Shown one piece after another: positions 15,640 through 23,096 of a stretch of DNA of 40,509 bases; positions within the stretch are counted from its first letter, which is position 1, and each line of letters starts with the position of its first letter. The DNA is from a virus: the IMG/VR virus record IMGVR_UViG_3300006131_000033; one strand, written 5' to 3'. The notes below the pieces were generated by a model that was not told the origin of the DNA, ran no database searches, and was given only the letters and a program-made list of their open reading frames with translations. The position numbers and the translations under genes were made by a program.

Positions 15640-15992
15640 GTAACTGGTGGTCCTAATATCTATGAGGCCATTCCAACAGACGCCTTGATTTTGGGTGATA
15701 CAACCGCATTTTTTATGCAAAAAATTTAGGTGGTACTTCAGGGCGGAAGCCTGTTTTTTTGGCTGCTAATAACAGCATAGATCTCGGCGAATCTACTATC
15801 TGTGCATTTTATCCAGATGGACTAGTTAGCGGCAATGTCCTTTTCCGGTCCGGTTTAGCTTCCAATGAATACCAACACGTAGATGGCGTTTCCTATGTCA
15901 GATATGTTGTATCAAGAAACTATGTTATTCCCTCAAATGTTCTCGCTATTGTTATGATATATTGCACCAAAGGCTTTGTCTACGCCGACTAA
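15545..15992 (+). pseudogene. Promoterless, start-less alternative tail-fibre C-terminal cassette (silent; needs a -1 shift near 15699-15729)
   Basis: The plus frame continues from IR-L (..IRKIWAGAVTGGPNIYEAIPTDALILGDTTAFFMQKI*) and stops at 15727-15729. The -1 frame is open from 15699 to 15992 and ends ..TKGFVYAD*, the same C-terminal motif as the expressed fibre (..PVGFVYAD*). Confidence 0.6.
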
Positions 15993-16009
15993 TCTGCGTA
16001 GACAAAGCC
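15972..16009. repeat. Central 14-bp inverted repeat where the two fibre C-termini converge
   Basis: GGCTTTGTCTACGC (15972-15985) and GCGTAGACAAAGCC (15996-16009). Both arms encode GFVYA. Confidence 0.85.
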
Positions 16010-16747
16010 AACGGGGGAATAAACAATTATAAAGCCGAAGCTGAAATAGCGGGCTACTATATTATAATTACCCGCCGTGTATATCGGATATTTTACTCCA
16101 TCTACCGTTTGTGATCCAGCATCATACCATCCACAAGTAAAATTTACTGAGTCTGAACTTACGCCCGAATCTCGAATCAGCATCATCTCTCCGCTCGAAT
16201 TTCTGGACGGGAGGAGGACGCAAGGAGTATAGTCATAAGAACTTGAAGTACTCCCACTTGGCGGTATTATTACAAGTGCAAGATTTTCTCCAAATATGAG
16301 AGCTGAACTTACCACGGCCTTAGCACTTGAGCTAACAGACGCCCCCGCCCAGATTTTCCTTATGCTGCCGCCAGTCAGAAGGCCGGAGAAGCCGCTGACG
16401 GCGGTATCTACATAGCCTTTGGTGGCGGAATCAGCGGCGCCGGTGGGGGTGGCGAGGTTGGTGATTTTCTTTTTACCCATGTTAATGGCACCGGTCATGG
16501 TACCGCCGGACTTTGGCAGGAGCCGGGAAACTGCGGTGTCAAGAGAGTCTTGGGTGGCAAACCCCGCCGTCTCCAGGTAATCCCGAAGCTGATTGATGGC
16601 CTTCTGTGCATCGTTAATGTATTGGTTAAGAGCATTATAGCCGTGCTGAGCCGTTAGGCCGACAGAGACCCCGTCCGGGCTGACGATTTGGCCGTTTGTC
16701 CAGTCTTGCGGAAGGTCTGCGGGAAGATTGAAATTGGGTATGGGCAT
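15989..16747 (-). CDS. Tail fibre protein (expressed variant)
   Basis: LPKSGGTMTGAINMGKKKITNLATPTGAADSATKGYVD is the classic fibre collar motif. It follows the baseplate genes. Confidence 0.8.
   Translation of the reverse strand: MPIPNFNLPADLPQDWTNGQIVSPDGVSVGLTAQHGYNALNQYINDAQKAINQLRDYLETAGFATQDSLDTAVSRLLPKSGGTMTGAINMGKKKITNLATPTGAADSATKGYVDTAVSGFSGLLTGGSIRKIWAGASVSSSAKAVVSSALIFGENLALVIIPPSGSTSSSYDYTPCVLLPSRNSSGEMMLIRDSGVSSDSVNFTCGWYDAGSQTVDGVKYPIYTAGNYNIVARYFSFGFIIVYSPVGFVYAD
16340..16434. repeat. Inverted repeat IR-R (95 bp) inside the expressed tail-fibre gene
   Basis: Reverse complement of 15545-15639. Confidence 0.9.
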
Positions 16748-16748
16748 T

Positions 16749-17645
16749 TTAATTCCCCTCCTTTACAGGTATCGTGTGCTTCAGTTGCACACCATCATTT
16801 GCTACGGCAACATAGATTGTGGAGGATGTAAGAGCATTTCCGGCAGCGTCCAGCAGCTCAATCTTGGTCACTTCGGTTACCTGACTCTGTGTAAGACCAT
16901 AGGACACGGTCAATGTGTTGCCGTTGACCTCTTTTGTGATGTCCTCGATAACGATGGACCCGTTGATACGAACAGATGCTATGTCGGAGGATACGAACCC
17001 GGCCACTCCGTTCAGCAGTTCGGGCTGAACAGACGGCATATTTGCCATTTTTATGACCCCCTCGTTAGTGATAGTTTGGAACGGCTGCGAGAACAGCGCC
17101 CACGCTCCGAGTCTGTAATTCCACTTTCTCTCTGCGCTGGAAATGGTCTCGGTCAGTTCCAAAGAGTAGTTGATAAATGGAACGCTGATATAGACTATAT
17201 GGGCAGGCTTGATTTTTCCGATGGTGACGGAAATTTCATTTGCGTACTGAAAATCTTCTGCGCTGGCCTCAATGTACATAGTGTAATGCTCATAATCCAT
17301 GCGGACCTCCCAGTTTCCCGGGCCGAGCATCCGATCCAGTTGTTGGCGCAAAAATTCCATCGTATAGGGAGGGCGGGAAGATAGGCGGTTGAGGATACGG
17401 GAGCGTCTGAACTCCAGCGTTTCCGTGTATATGTTCGGGATGATGCCGAAGATATTTTCCCAGTCCGCTATTGCGGTCTCCCCCATCGTCTGGATATAAA
17501 AATTGTCGCCAACGGCGACAATCTCATTGGCCAGAGCATCGATCTCTTCCTGCTCGGTCTTACATATCTCCTGATAATCCAGTATCTCCCGATACCATGG
17601 TGGAAGCAGGGATAGAAGGTCAATATTGAGATCCGGATTAGACAC
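16749..17645 (-). CDS. XkdU / YmfQ-like (DUF2313) baseplate/tail protein
   Basis: LLPPWYREILDYQEI...ETAIADWENIFGI...RRSRILNRL matches the DUF2313 pattern. Position is after baseplate J. Confidence 0.75.
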   Translation of the reverse strand: MSNPDLNIDLLSLLPPWYREILDYQEICKTEQEEIDALANEIVAVGDNFYIQTMGETAIADWENIFGIIPNIYTETLEFRRSRILNRLSSRPPYTMEFLRQQLDRMLGPGNWEVRMDYEHYTMYIEASAEDFQYANEISVTIGKIKPAHIVYISVPFINYSLELTETISSAERKWNYRLGAWALFSQPFQTITNEGVIKMANMPSVQPELLNGVAGFVSSDIASVRINGSIVIEDITKEVNGNTLTVSYGLTQSQVTEVTKIELLDAAGNALTSSTIYVAVANDGVQLKHTIPVKEGN

Positions 17646-18756
17646 TCAATGTCACCCCTCCCATAATGGCCACCTGCTGCAGCTCACCGCTCTGGATCAT
17701 GGACAGGTCGGCTGCTGTTCCATTCAGCGTCACACCGGTGGCATTCAGTACCCCGGCAACGCTAAGAATGGCAGCGGTGACTCGGGCGAGGAAGATATCG
17801 GCGTTATACTCTACGCTTGCGCTGCTGAGAGGCGTAGCCCAGTTCTTTCTGGTATCGAGAAAATAAGACTGGATGGCCGCTTCCACAAGGGGCTTTACCT
17901 GCTCCACGGTGGATCCGGGTGTCAGCGTCAGCGTTGCGGTAATGTCCACTGCCACCGTTTCGGGAGCGGTCACTGTCACCGTTGCACCGATGGGGGCAAG
18001 GCCCAACCCTAAACCCTGATTGGGCGGCGGGTCGATTGCGCTTTGTACCGTCTCCACCAACACAGAAGACGCCGGGAGAAAGTCGGCACCCAGAAGAGAC
18101 AGCTTGACCGTCCCGCCGCCGTTCCATGTAGGCCATACCTGTACCGCCCCAACACCGGAGATATCAGTGGCCCATTCCCGGTAATTGGCGATGTTGCCGC
18201 CGTAGGGCCGCTCATTGAGAGCGGAGATGATGCGCTGGCGCAGAACGTTATCGCTTTCGGTGTCCTCGCCGGGTACCAGAATGTCACTGATTTGGGCGGA
18301 GGTAAGGCCTGGGATAGTGGAGATGGGTAGAATGGGTCCCACATAGTCATTGCCGATGCTCCCCGCCGTCTCCGCCGTCAGCTGATACTGATTTGCTCCG
18401 GTATCAGATGCGGCGGTCACAATAAAGTTAATGCTGTCCGCCCCGTTGACGGTGGAGAACCGGGAGCCAATGGGGACGGCAATATTGAAAATACCGAGCC
18501 GGACCGCCGGGGACGCCTGTGAACGGGCCACCCCCGCCAGAATAGAAAGCATATCCAGATTGTCGCCTGTGGCGGTCTGGATATATCCTTGCTGCTGCAC
18601 TTGGGAAAGGACCAGATAGAACCCCTCCAACGCCCACGCAGCGGGACCCAACGCCGTGGGAATAGGGGAAGTATCCCGTTTGTCGTAGGTGTTGGGTACC
18701 CGGTCAAGCATCTGTTGGAGAATGGCTTGATAGGTTTTATTTGTAAAGTCGTTCAT
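17638..18756 (-). CDS. Baseplate J-like protein (XkdT-like)
   Basis: 372 aa. The N-terminal YQAILQQMLDRVPNTYDKRDTSPI pattern and the synteny fit. Confidence 0.8.
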   Translation of the reverse strand: MNDFTNKTYQAILQQMLDRVPNTYDKRDTSPIPTALGPAAWALEGFYLVLSQVQQQGYIQTATGDNLDMLSILAGVARSQASPAVRLGIFNIAVPIGSRFSTVNGADSINFIVTAASDTGANQYQLTAETAGSIGNDYVGPILPISTIPGLTSAQISDILVPGEDTESDNVLRQRIISALNERPYGGNIANYREWATDISGVGAVQVWPTWNGGGTVKLSLLGADFLPASSVLVETVQSAIDPPPNQGLGLGLAPIGATVTVTAPETVAVDITATLTLTPGSTVEQVKPLVEAAIQSYFLDTRKNWATPLSSASVEYNADIFLARVTAAILSVAGVLNATGVTLNGTAADLSMIQSGELQQVAIMGGVTLSV

Positions 18757-18757
18757 G

Positions 18758-19180
18758 TTATCCCTCCCGCCGGGATTGGAATGTGAAGTTTATGGATTCG
18801 GTCTCTCCATAAACAGTCAGGACCCGAAAGGACACGGTCATTGTATCGCCGTCCACAGTGACAGCATAATCGCTTATTCCGGAAATCCGGTTGTCCATGG
18901 ACAGAGCCTCCCGGATTCTCCTTTGCAGTTCAGCGGCCACAAAATCGCTTTCCAGTCCCAGAAGGTCGTCCAGCCGGACACCGGAAAACGCCCTGTAAAT
19001 TTGCCATTCAAATCGCTCCGTGTTGATGATGATCTCAGCTGCCTGTGCAACGGCTGTGAGGCGGTCCGCATAGCCTTCTATCCGGTTTGTCTCTTTGTTG
19101 ATGCTCCATGTCAAAGATGGGAGCTGCCTATATTCCACGCCGGCAGAAATAACGCCGTTCCCCTCTGGTAGTGTCGCCAT
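18758..19180 (-). CDS. XkdS-like / gp25-W-like baseplate wedge protein
   Basis: 140 aa, directly upstream of baseplate J. LPSLTWSIN..RIEGY pattern. Confidence 0.65.
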   Translation of the reverse strand: MATLPEGNGVISAGVEYRQLPSLTWSINKETNRIEGYADRLTAVAQAAEIIINTERFEWQIYRAFSGVRLDDLLGLESDFVAAELQRRIREALSMDNRISGISDYAVTVDGDTMTVSFRVLTVYGETESINFTFQSRREG

Positions 19181-19192
19181 CCGCTCACCCCT

Positions 19193-19699
19193 TTACTGGT
19201 ATATCCTTGACAGTACAATAAACTTTTGGCCGTGAAGCACCCGCAGCAGGAGGACTTTATCGCCAACAGACAGCCCCCGGTTAAGAATGATATACCCGCT
19301 CTCTACCGGAAGGGGCTTTCCATGCTCTACCGCTTGAATATTCTCCAGGGCCGCAGAAGACGGAAAACTGCTCCCGGCCATCTCCTCGCTGGTCTGATAG
19401 CTGCCGGAAAGGCTGGAGGATGTTGCGGCCCCGTTCAGCGTGTGGGAGTGGTCCAACCCTGTCACTGTGTGCTTGTGCTTCAGACCGCTTACGTCATGCC
19501 GGTGGGCAAGGATAGGGATCTTTTTCTCTACCACACTTTCGGTAAGGTACAGCACCTCTTCACGCAGGTCCTCCATAGCGGTGCTGATCGAGATACGCAA
19601 AGGGGCCACAGCGGTTACTGTACCTGTAATAAGGTCGGTAAGCTGCATGGCCTCGCTATTCGCCTGCATCATGGAGAAAAGCTGTTCGGCCAGTGTCAC
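19193..19699 (-). CDS. XkdR-like (DUF2577) baseplate protein
   Basis: Start moved to GTG 19699 (GAAGGAGGGG upstream), which removes the overlap with the antirepressor gene. His-rich central segment. Synteny fits. Confidence 0.6.
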   Translation of the reverse strand: MTLAEQLFSMMQANSEAMQLTDLITGTVTAVAPLRISISTAMEDLREEVLYLTESVVEKKIPILAHRHDVSGLKHKHTVTGLDHSHTLNGAATSSSLSGSYQTSEEMAGSSFPSSAALENIQAVEHGKPLPVESGYIILNRGLSVGDKVLLLRVLHGQKFIVLSRIYQ

Positions 19700-19714
19700 G
19701 GTGTTCCCCTCCTT

Positions 19715-19757
19715 CAAAATGCGACCACCGCCGCCCCGGACGGGGGTGACGGTGGTC
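19715..19757 (-). terminator. Terminator of the antirepressor moron
   Basis: On the minus strand: GACCACCG-TCA-CCCC GTCC GGGG-CGG-CGGTGGTC followed by GCATTTTG. Confidence 0.55.
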
Positions 19758-19767
19758 CTTGATTCTC

Positions 19768-20499
19768 TTATTCTGCCCCAATCAGGAGCAAGCGGAAAGT
19801 CTCTCTCCCTTTCGGAGTGATGAGCGTCTGTGTCCCACTCCACTGTGTCTTTTCGTTAATGCACTCCTTGACTTCAAACAGGCCGTTGTTTCTGTCCTCA
19901 TAAGGAAGGAGCTTCCCCTTTTTATCCCGGTAGATATACTTCCGATCCAAAAGGAAGCTGACAAACCTCCTGGGTGGAACTTTGAGCTGCTTTGCCGTTT
20001 CCCGGAAACCCGTCAGGAGGTTGCGGTCCACCAGCTCATCGAAATACTCCGCTTTAGGCCGGGCGATCTCCAAATCCACCCTTGCGGCGGAAAGCTGGGC
20101 TTTCTGGTTCTCAATGGTCCGCTGGGCCACGATAAGGGCCTGCGCCATCAACTCCTCCGGGTTCATCTGATTCTGCCCGTGAATGTAGCCGCCGTTGCGT
20201 CGGATGGAGGGAATGACCTCATGGGTGATCCACCGCTTAAAGGCTTTCGCCTCCTTCTTGCGGCTTCCGAGAATCAGAGAGTAAAGACCAGGTTCGTTGA
20301 CGGTGGTCATCTCCTGCTCCCCGCCAAGGGTGTGCGTTGAACACACACCCTTTTCATCATCGTCCAAGCGGCGTACTTGCGTCCTGCTTATTTCCAGTGC
20401 CTGGCACACATCCGCCGCCACAAACCACGGTTCCCCGTTGACTTCCACCGTTCTGATCTCCCCAAACTCGGGGTTGTTGAAAATCATAAGTTCATTCAT
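19768..20499 (-). CDS. Phage antirepressor (Bro-N domain plus KilA-C/ANT-like C-terminal domain)
   Basis: IFNNPEFGEIRTVEVNGEPWFVAADVCQALEI...EPGLYSLILGSRKKEAKAFKRWITHEVIPSIR is a Bro-N domain. Confidence 0.8.
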   Translation of the reverse strand: MNELMIFNNPEFGEIRTVEVNGEPWFVAADVCQALEISRTQVRRLDDDEKGVCSTHTLGGEQEMTTVNEPGLYSLILGSRKKEAKAFKRWITHEVIPSIRRNGGYIHGQNQMNPEELMAQALIVAQRTIENQKAQLSAARVDLEIARPKAEYFDELVDRNLLTGFRETAKQLKVPPRRFVSFLLDRKYIYRDKKGKLLPYEDRNNGLFEVKECINEKTQWSGTQTLITPKGRETFRLLLIGAE

Positions 20500-20717
20500 A
20501 CAGCAGCCTCCTTTCTGGCCTCTGCAAAGGCCTGGTCGATAAGCTCCCGCATCATATCACTGTCTTCTTTCAGATGGTTCAATGCAAACAGCAGGGCGTT
20601 CACAAACTCTGCCGGTTCAAACGGGCCTTCGTCCATGGCCGTATGTATGGCGGTTATGGCGTCAATGCCACAGGAAATCTGGAACTGAACGCTATCCATT
20701 TTTGCTAAGTTGCTCAT
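20496..20717 (-). CDS. Small hypothetical protein (73 aa) co-transcribed with the antirepressor
   Basis: ATG 20717 after CAAGGAGGTTTTTCAAT. ATGA overlap with the antirepressor start. The longer 173-aa track ORF is an artefactual extension. Confidence 0.55.
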   Translation of the reverse strand: MSNLAKMDSVQFQISCGIDAITAIHTAMDEGPFEPAEFVNALLFALNHLKEDSDMMRELIDQAFAEARKEAAV

Positions 20718-20739
20718 ATTGAAAAACCTCCTTGAAATT

Positions 20740-20781
20740 CCAAGGAAGGTTTGATAGAATAAATTTATCAAACCTCCTTGG
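20740..20781. repeat. Inverted repeat / RNA hairpin carrying an SD-like AAGGAGG arm
   Basis: CCAAGGAAGGTTTGATA (20740-20756) and TATCAAACCTCCTTGG (20766-20781), 16 bp plus one bulge. Confidence 0.7.
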
Positions 20782-20835
20782 TTTGGTGGAATAACGGATT
20801 CGCTCAACTTTCGACGGGAGGGCGTTTCCGTTATT

Positions 20836-21009
20836 TTATTTGCCGAGTTCTTCGTCGAGTTTTCTCCTGAACCATTCGGTTCTACCCTCTCCTCTTTGGG
20901 CAAGTTTTTTGTCGAGGGCTTCGGCCTTCTCCTTATCAACCATAAATACAAGTTGTTTTTTTGCCTTTCGGAGTTCTCGGAAGTATTCGGCACGACTTTT
21001 TTCAGCCAC
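20836..21009 (-). CDS. Arc/Mnt-like ribbon-helix-helix regulator (57 aa)
   Basis: GTG 21009 after AAGGAGGTGAAACA. Translation VAEKSRAEYFRELRKAKKQLVFMVDKEKAEALDKKLAQRGEGRTEWFRRKLDEELGK has a strand-helix-helix pattern. It is in a different frame from the track ORF 20496..21017. Confidence 0.6.
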   Translation of the reverse strand: MAEKSRAEYFRELRKAKKQLVFMVDKEKAEALDKKLAQRGEGRTEWFRRKLDEELGK

Positions 21010-21020
21010 TGTTTCACCTC

Positions 21021-21064
21021 CTTGTTGCTAACAACAATATATCATGTTGTTAGCAACAAGTCAA
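21021..21064 (-). promoter_or_regulatory. Near-consensus promoter overlapped by a 16-bp perfect palindromic operator
   Basis: Minus strand: TTGACT (21059-21064), 17 nt, TATATT (21036-21041). The inverted repeat is CTTGTTGCTAACAACA (21021-21036) and TGTTGTTAGCAACAAG (21045-21060). Confidence 0.7.
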
Positions 21065-21183
21065 GAGGTTTTTCAAAATTTTTTTAAATTCTTTGAGTTC
21101 CATGTTACAGGAAACTCCCAGCTGTTCCCCCACCTCATTTTTCTTATTTCCGCTACCTCCCACATATTTTTTTACTCGATGTA

Positions 21184-21213
21184 TTGACTATTTCTGTTTG
21201 TTCATGTCATAAT
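21184..21213 (+). promoter_or_regulatory. Promoter of the toxin-antitoxin cassette
   Basis: TTGACT (21184-21189), 18 nt, TGt-CATAAT (21205-21213). Confidence 0.6.
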
Positions 21214-21235
21214 ATTGATACAAGGAGGTGTAAGT

Positions 21236-21772
21236 ATGGCCAATGTATTTGATGTCGCTGAGTTCTTCATCCGTATTGCAAACCAGAGTGAAGACGACCA
21301 AATGACTAACATGAAGTTAAACAAGCTATTGTACTACGCCCAAGGAGCCTTTCTCGCCCGGACAGGTAAGCCACTGTTTGAGAATCAAATTGAGGCCTGG
21401 CCTTTGGGGCCGGTAGTCACTGATATTTATCACAAATACAAAGTTTGTGGTAAAAACCCCATCAGTTCTGACGAGGATGTAAATCACGCAGCGTTTACGG
21501 AAGAGGAATTTGAAACCCTACTTGATGTGATGCGGGAATATGGCAAGTACACCGGTTCCACTCTCGTCTCTCTCTCCCACCTCCCCGGCACCCCGTGGCG
21601 CAACACTCAAGAGAAGGGGGAAAAAGTGCTGGATCGTGATGAAATAGCGGCTTATTTCATTGCCCATCCCGTCCCCCACTTAAAGGAAAAAATTACCACT
21701 CCGCAGGTCGCCGCCCTCCCGGCTGACTGGTATGACCCGGAAGAGGATGCCGAGTGGGAGGCGTATCTATGA
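21236..21772 (+). CDS. DUF4065 (SocA / Panacea-domain) antitoxin-like protein
   Basis: MANVFDVAEFFI...MTNMKLNKLLYYAQGAFLARTGKPLFENQIEAWPLGPVV..IY is the DUF4065 signature. ATG 21236 after AAGGAGG. Confidence 0.8.
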   Translation: MANVFDVAEFFIRIANQSEDDQMTNMKLNKLLYYAQGAFLARTGKPLFENQIEAWPLGPVVTDIYHKYKVCGKNPISSDEDVNHAAFTEEEFETLLDVMREYGKYTGSTLVSLSHLPGTPWRNTQEKGEKVLDRDEIAAYFIAHPVPHLKEKITTPQVAALPADWYDPEEDAEWEAYL

Positions 21773-22065
21773 GCAAATGGGATGTCTATCTTGCAAATGT
21801 CCCATTTGAGGACACCGCAGAATCAAAAATCAGACCTATCGTCATTTTAGATGATTCTGCCGTTGTGATCGACTGCTTGAAGATGACATCAAAACCGCCT
21901 CGCCTTGGGGAATATGTATTGCAGAAGTGGAGCGAGGCGGGTCTCAAAAAAGAAACAGCGGTTCGCATCTCTAAGCGGCTTTCCCTCAATTCTGCTACTC
22001 TTATAAAAAAGCTGGGTTCCTTACAGGCCATAGACATTATTGAGATTCAAAAGAGAATTACTTGA
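21769..22065 (+). CDS. MazF/PemK-like toxin
   Basis: ATGA overlap with the antitoxin gene. WDVYLANVPFEDTAESKIRPIVIL...CLKMTSK matches the MazF/PemK N-terminal pattern. 98 aa. Confidence 0.7.
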   Translation: MSKWDVYLANVPFEDTAESKIRPIVILDDSAVVIDCLKMTSKPPRLGEYVLQKWSEAGLKKETAVRISKRLSLNSATLIKKLGSLQAIDIIEIQKRIT

Positions 22066-22090
22066 TTTATCGACCAATACATAGGGCTGA

Positions 22091-22120
22091 GCCGGGGAGT
22101 AATCCCCGGCCTTTCCTTTG
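22091..22120 (+). terminator. Terminator of the toxin-antitoxin cassette
   Basis: GCCGGGGA-GTAA-TCCCCGGC followed by CTTTCCTTTG. Confidence 0.65.
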
Positions 22121-22121
22121 C

Positions 22122-23096
22122 TCAAAATCCCCTCAGTTCTACGCTCATTTCATGATCATAGTCTGCTTCGGTGTCGCTGTACTGGTAGGTATGTGTCACC
22201 TGCTCCACCAAAACATACTGATCCAGATTCATATCGCCCATTCCGGGTATCCGCATCAGGACCATCTGGCCGGCACGCAGCGGAACACCCAAACTCTCCA
22301 CCTTCAGTGTCCGCAGCCGCCTGTTGTAATAGGACAGGCTTTCCATCGCTCGGGCCTGCACCTGAGCATCGTTCAGACTTTCGTCCACCTGCTGATAGAG
22401 CTGTAAAAGGCCCCATTCCGCAATCGTTGCGCTGTCCTGGGCGATAAACGCATCCATGCGCCCGGTGTCCTGATTGGGTCGGACCAGCTTAATGGAGTTG
22501 TAGGTCTGCTCGTCAATGTCGGTCTTATAGGTGTAATCCAGCAGCAGAGACTTCTCCCCGATAACATAAGGCGCGATCATGTCCGCTGCCCTTGTGAGGG
22601 ATATCCCCTCCCCGTTGTCGTACATAACGAAAAGTTCCCCGGTATTCAGCAGTGTCCGCTGCACCGCTTCGCCGGCGATGTCGAGGCAGCTCTTGTTCTG
22701 CTGAATAAACGATGGGAACCTGTAGCCGGTGTCGGTGATCTCCCCCGTGGTGATCTGAAGGTCAGCTGCCATTTGGGAAATCATCTCCCCGGCTGTCATG
22801 CCATAGAAGGCATAGGAGGCGTTTGCCTTAAAATATCGCAGCCGGTCATAGCAGGTCACATTGATAACCTTCCAGCGGTCTGTGGTTTTAGTAAATACCC
22901 AACCGGAAAAGCGCAGCTCACCATCAACCGAAAGCCGCACCTCGTCCCCCTCAGAGAAAGAGAGGTCGCCGGCTTTGTTTAACGCAAATTTAAATGTGCC
23001 CGGCGCGCCGGTGCGGGTAGTGGTATGGGTGATACTCTGAGGAAATACCCGCCACGCCTTCCCGCTGGACCGGTTGTAAATGATTAAATCTATCAT
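22122..23096 (-). CDS. XkdQ / gpD-like baseplate hub protein
   Basis: Start moved to ATG 23096 (ATGA overlap). 324 aa, positioned after the tape measure and XkdP-like genes. Confidence 0.7.
   Translation of the reverse strand: MIDLIIYNRSSGKAWRVFPQSITHTTTRTGAPGTFKFALNKAGDLSFSEGDEVRLSVDGELRFSGWVFTKTTDRWKVINVTCYDRLRYFKANASYAFYGMTAGEMISQMAADLQITTGEITDTGYRFPSFIQQNKSCLDIAGEAVQRTLLNTGELFVMYDNGEGISLTRAADMIAPYVIGEKSLLLDYTYKTDIDEQTYNSIKLVRPNQDTGRMDAFIAQDSATIAEWGLLQLYQQVDESLNDAQVQARAMESLSYYNRRLRTLKVESLGVPLRAGQMVLMRIPGMGDMNLDQYVLVEQVTHTYQYSDTEADYDHEMSVELRGF

Noticed and set aside
14782-15729. 315-aa plus-strand ORF covering the endolysin region
   Set aside because: Upstream of 15545 it is only the antisense shadow of the endolysin gene. 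Only its last 60 or so codons (IR-L plus the start of the silent fibre cassette) are meaningful, and they have no start codon of their own.
15545-16434. Diversity-generating retroelement (TR/VR pair) as the explanation for the fibre repeats
   Set aside because: The repeats are inverted rather than direct. The four mismatches are mixed transitions (A/G, T/C, G/A, C/T) rather than adenine-specific. No reverse transcriptase gene exists in the genome.
20718-21017. N-terminal 100 codons of track ORF 20496..21017
   Set aside because: The extension runs through a strong hairpin and has a low-complexity basic translation. A different frame here encodes a well-formed RHH protein with a strong SD, and the downstream part has its own SD and ATG at 20717.
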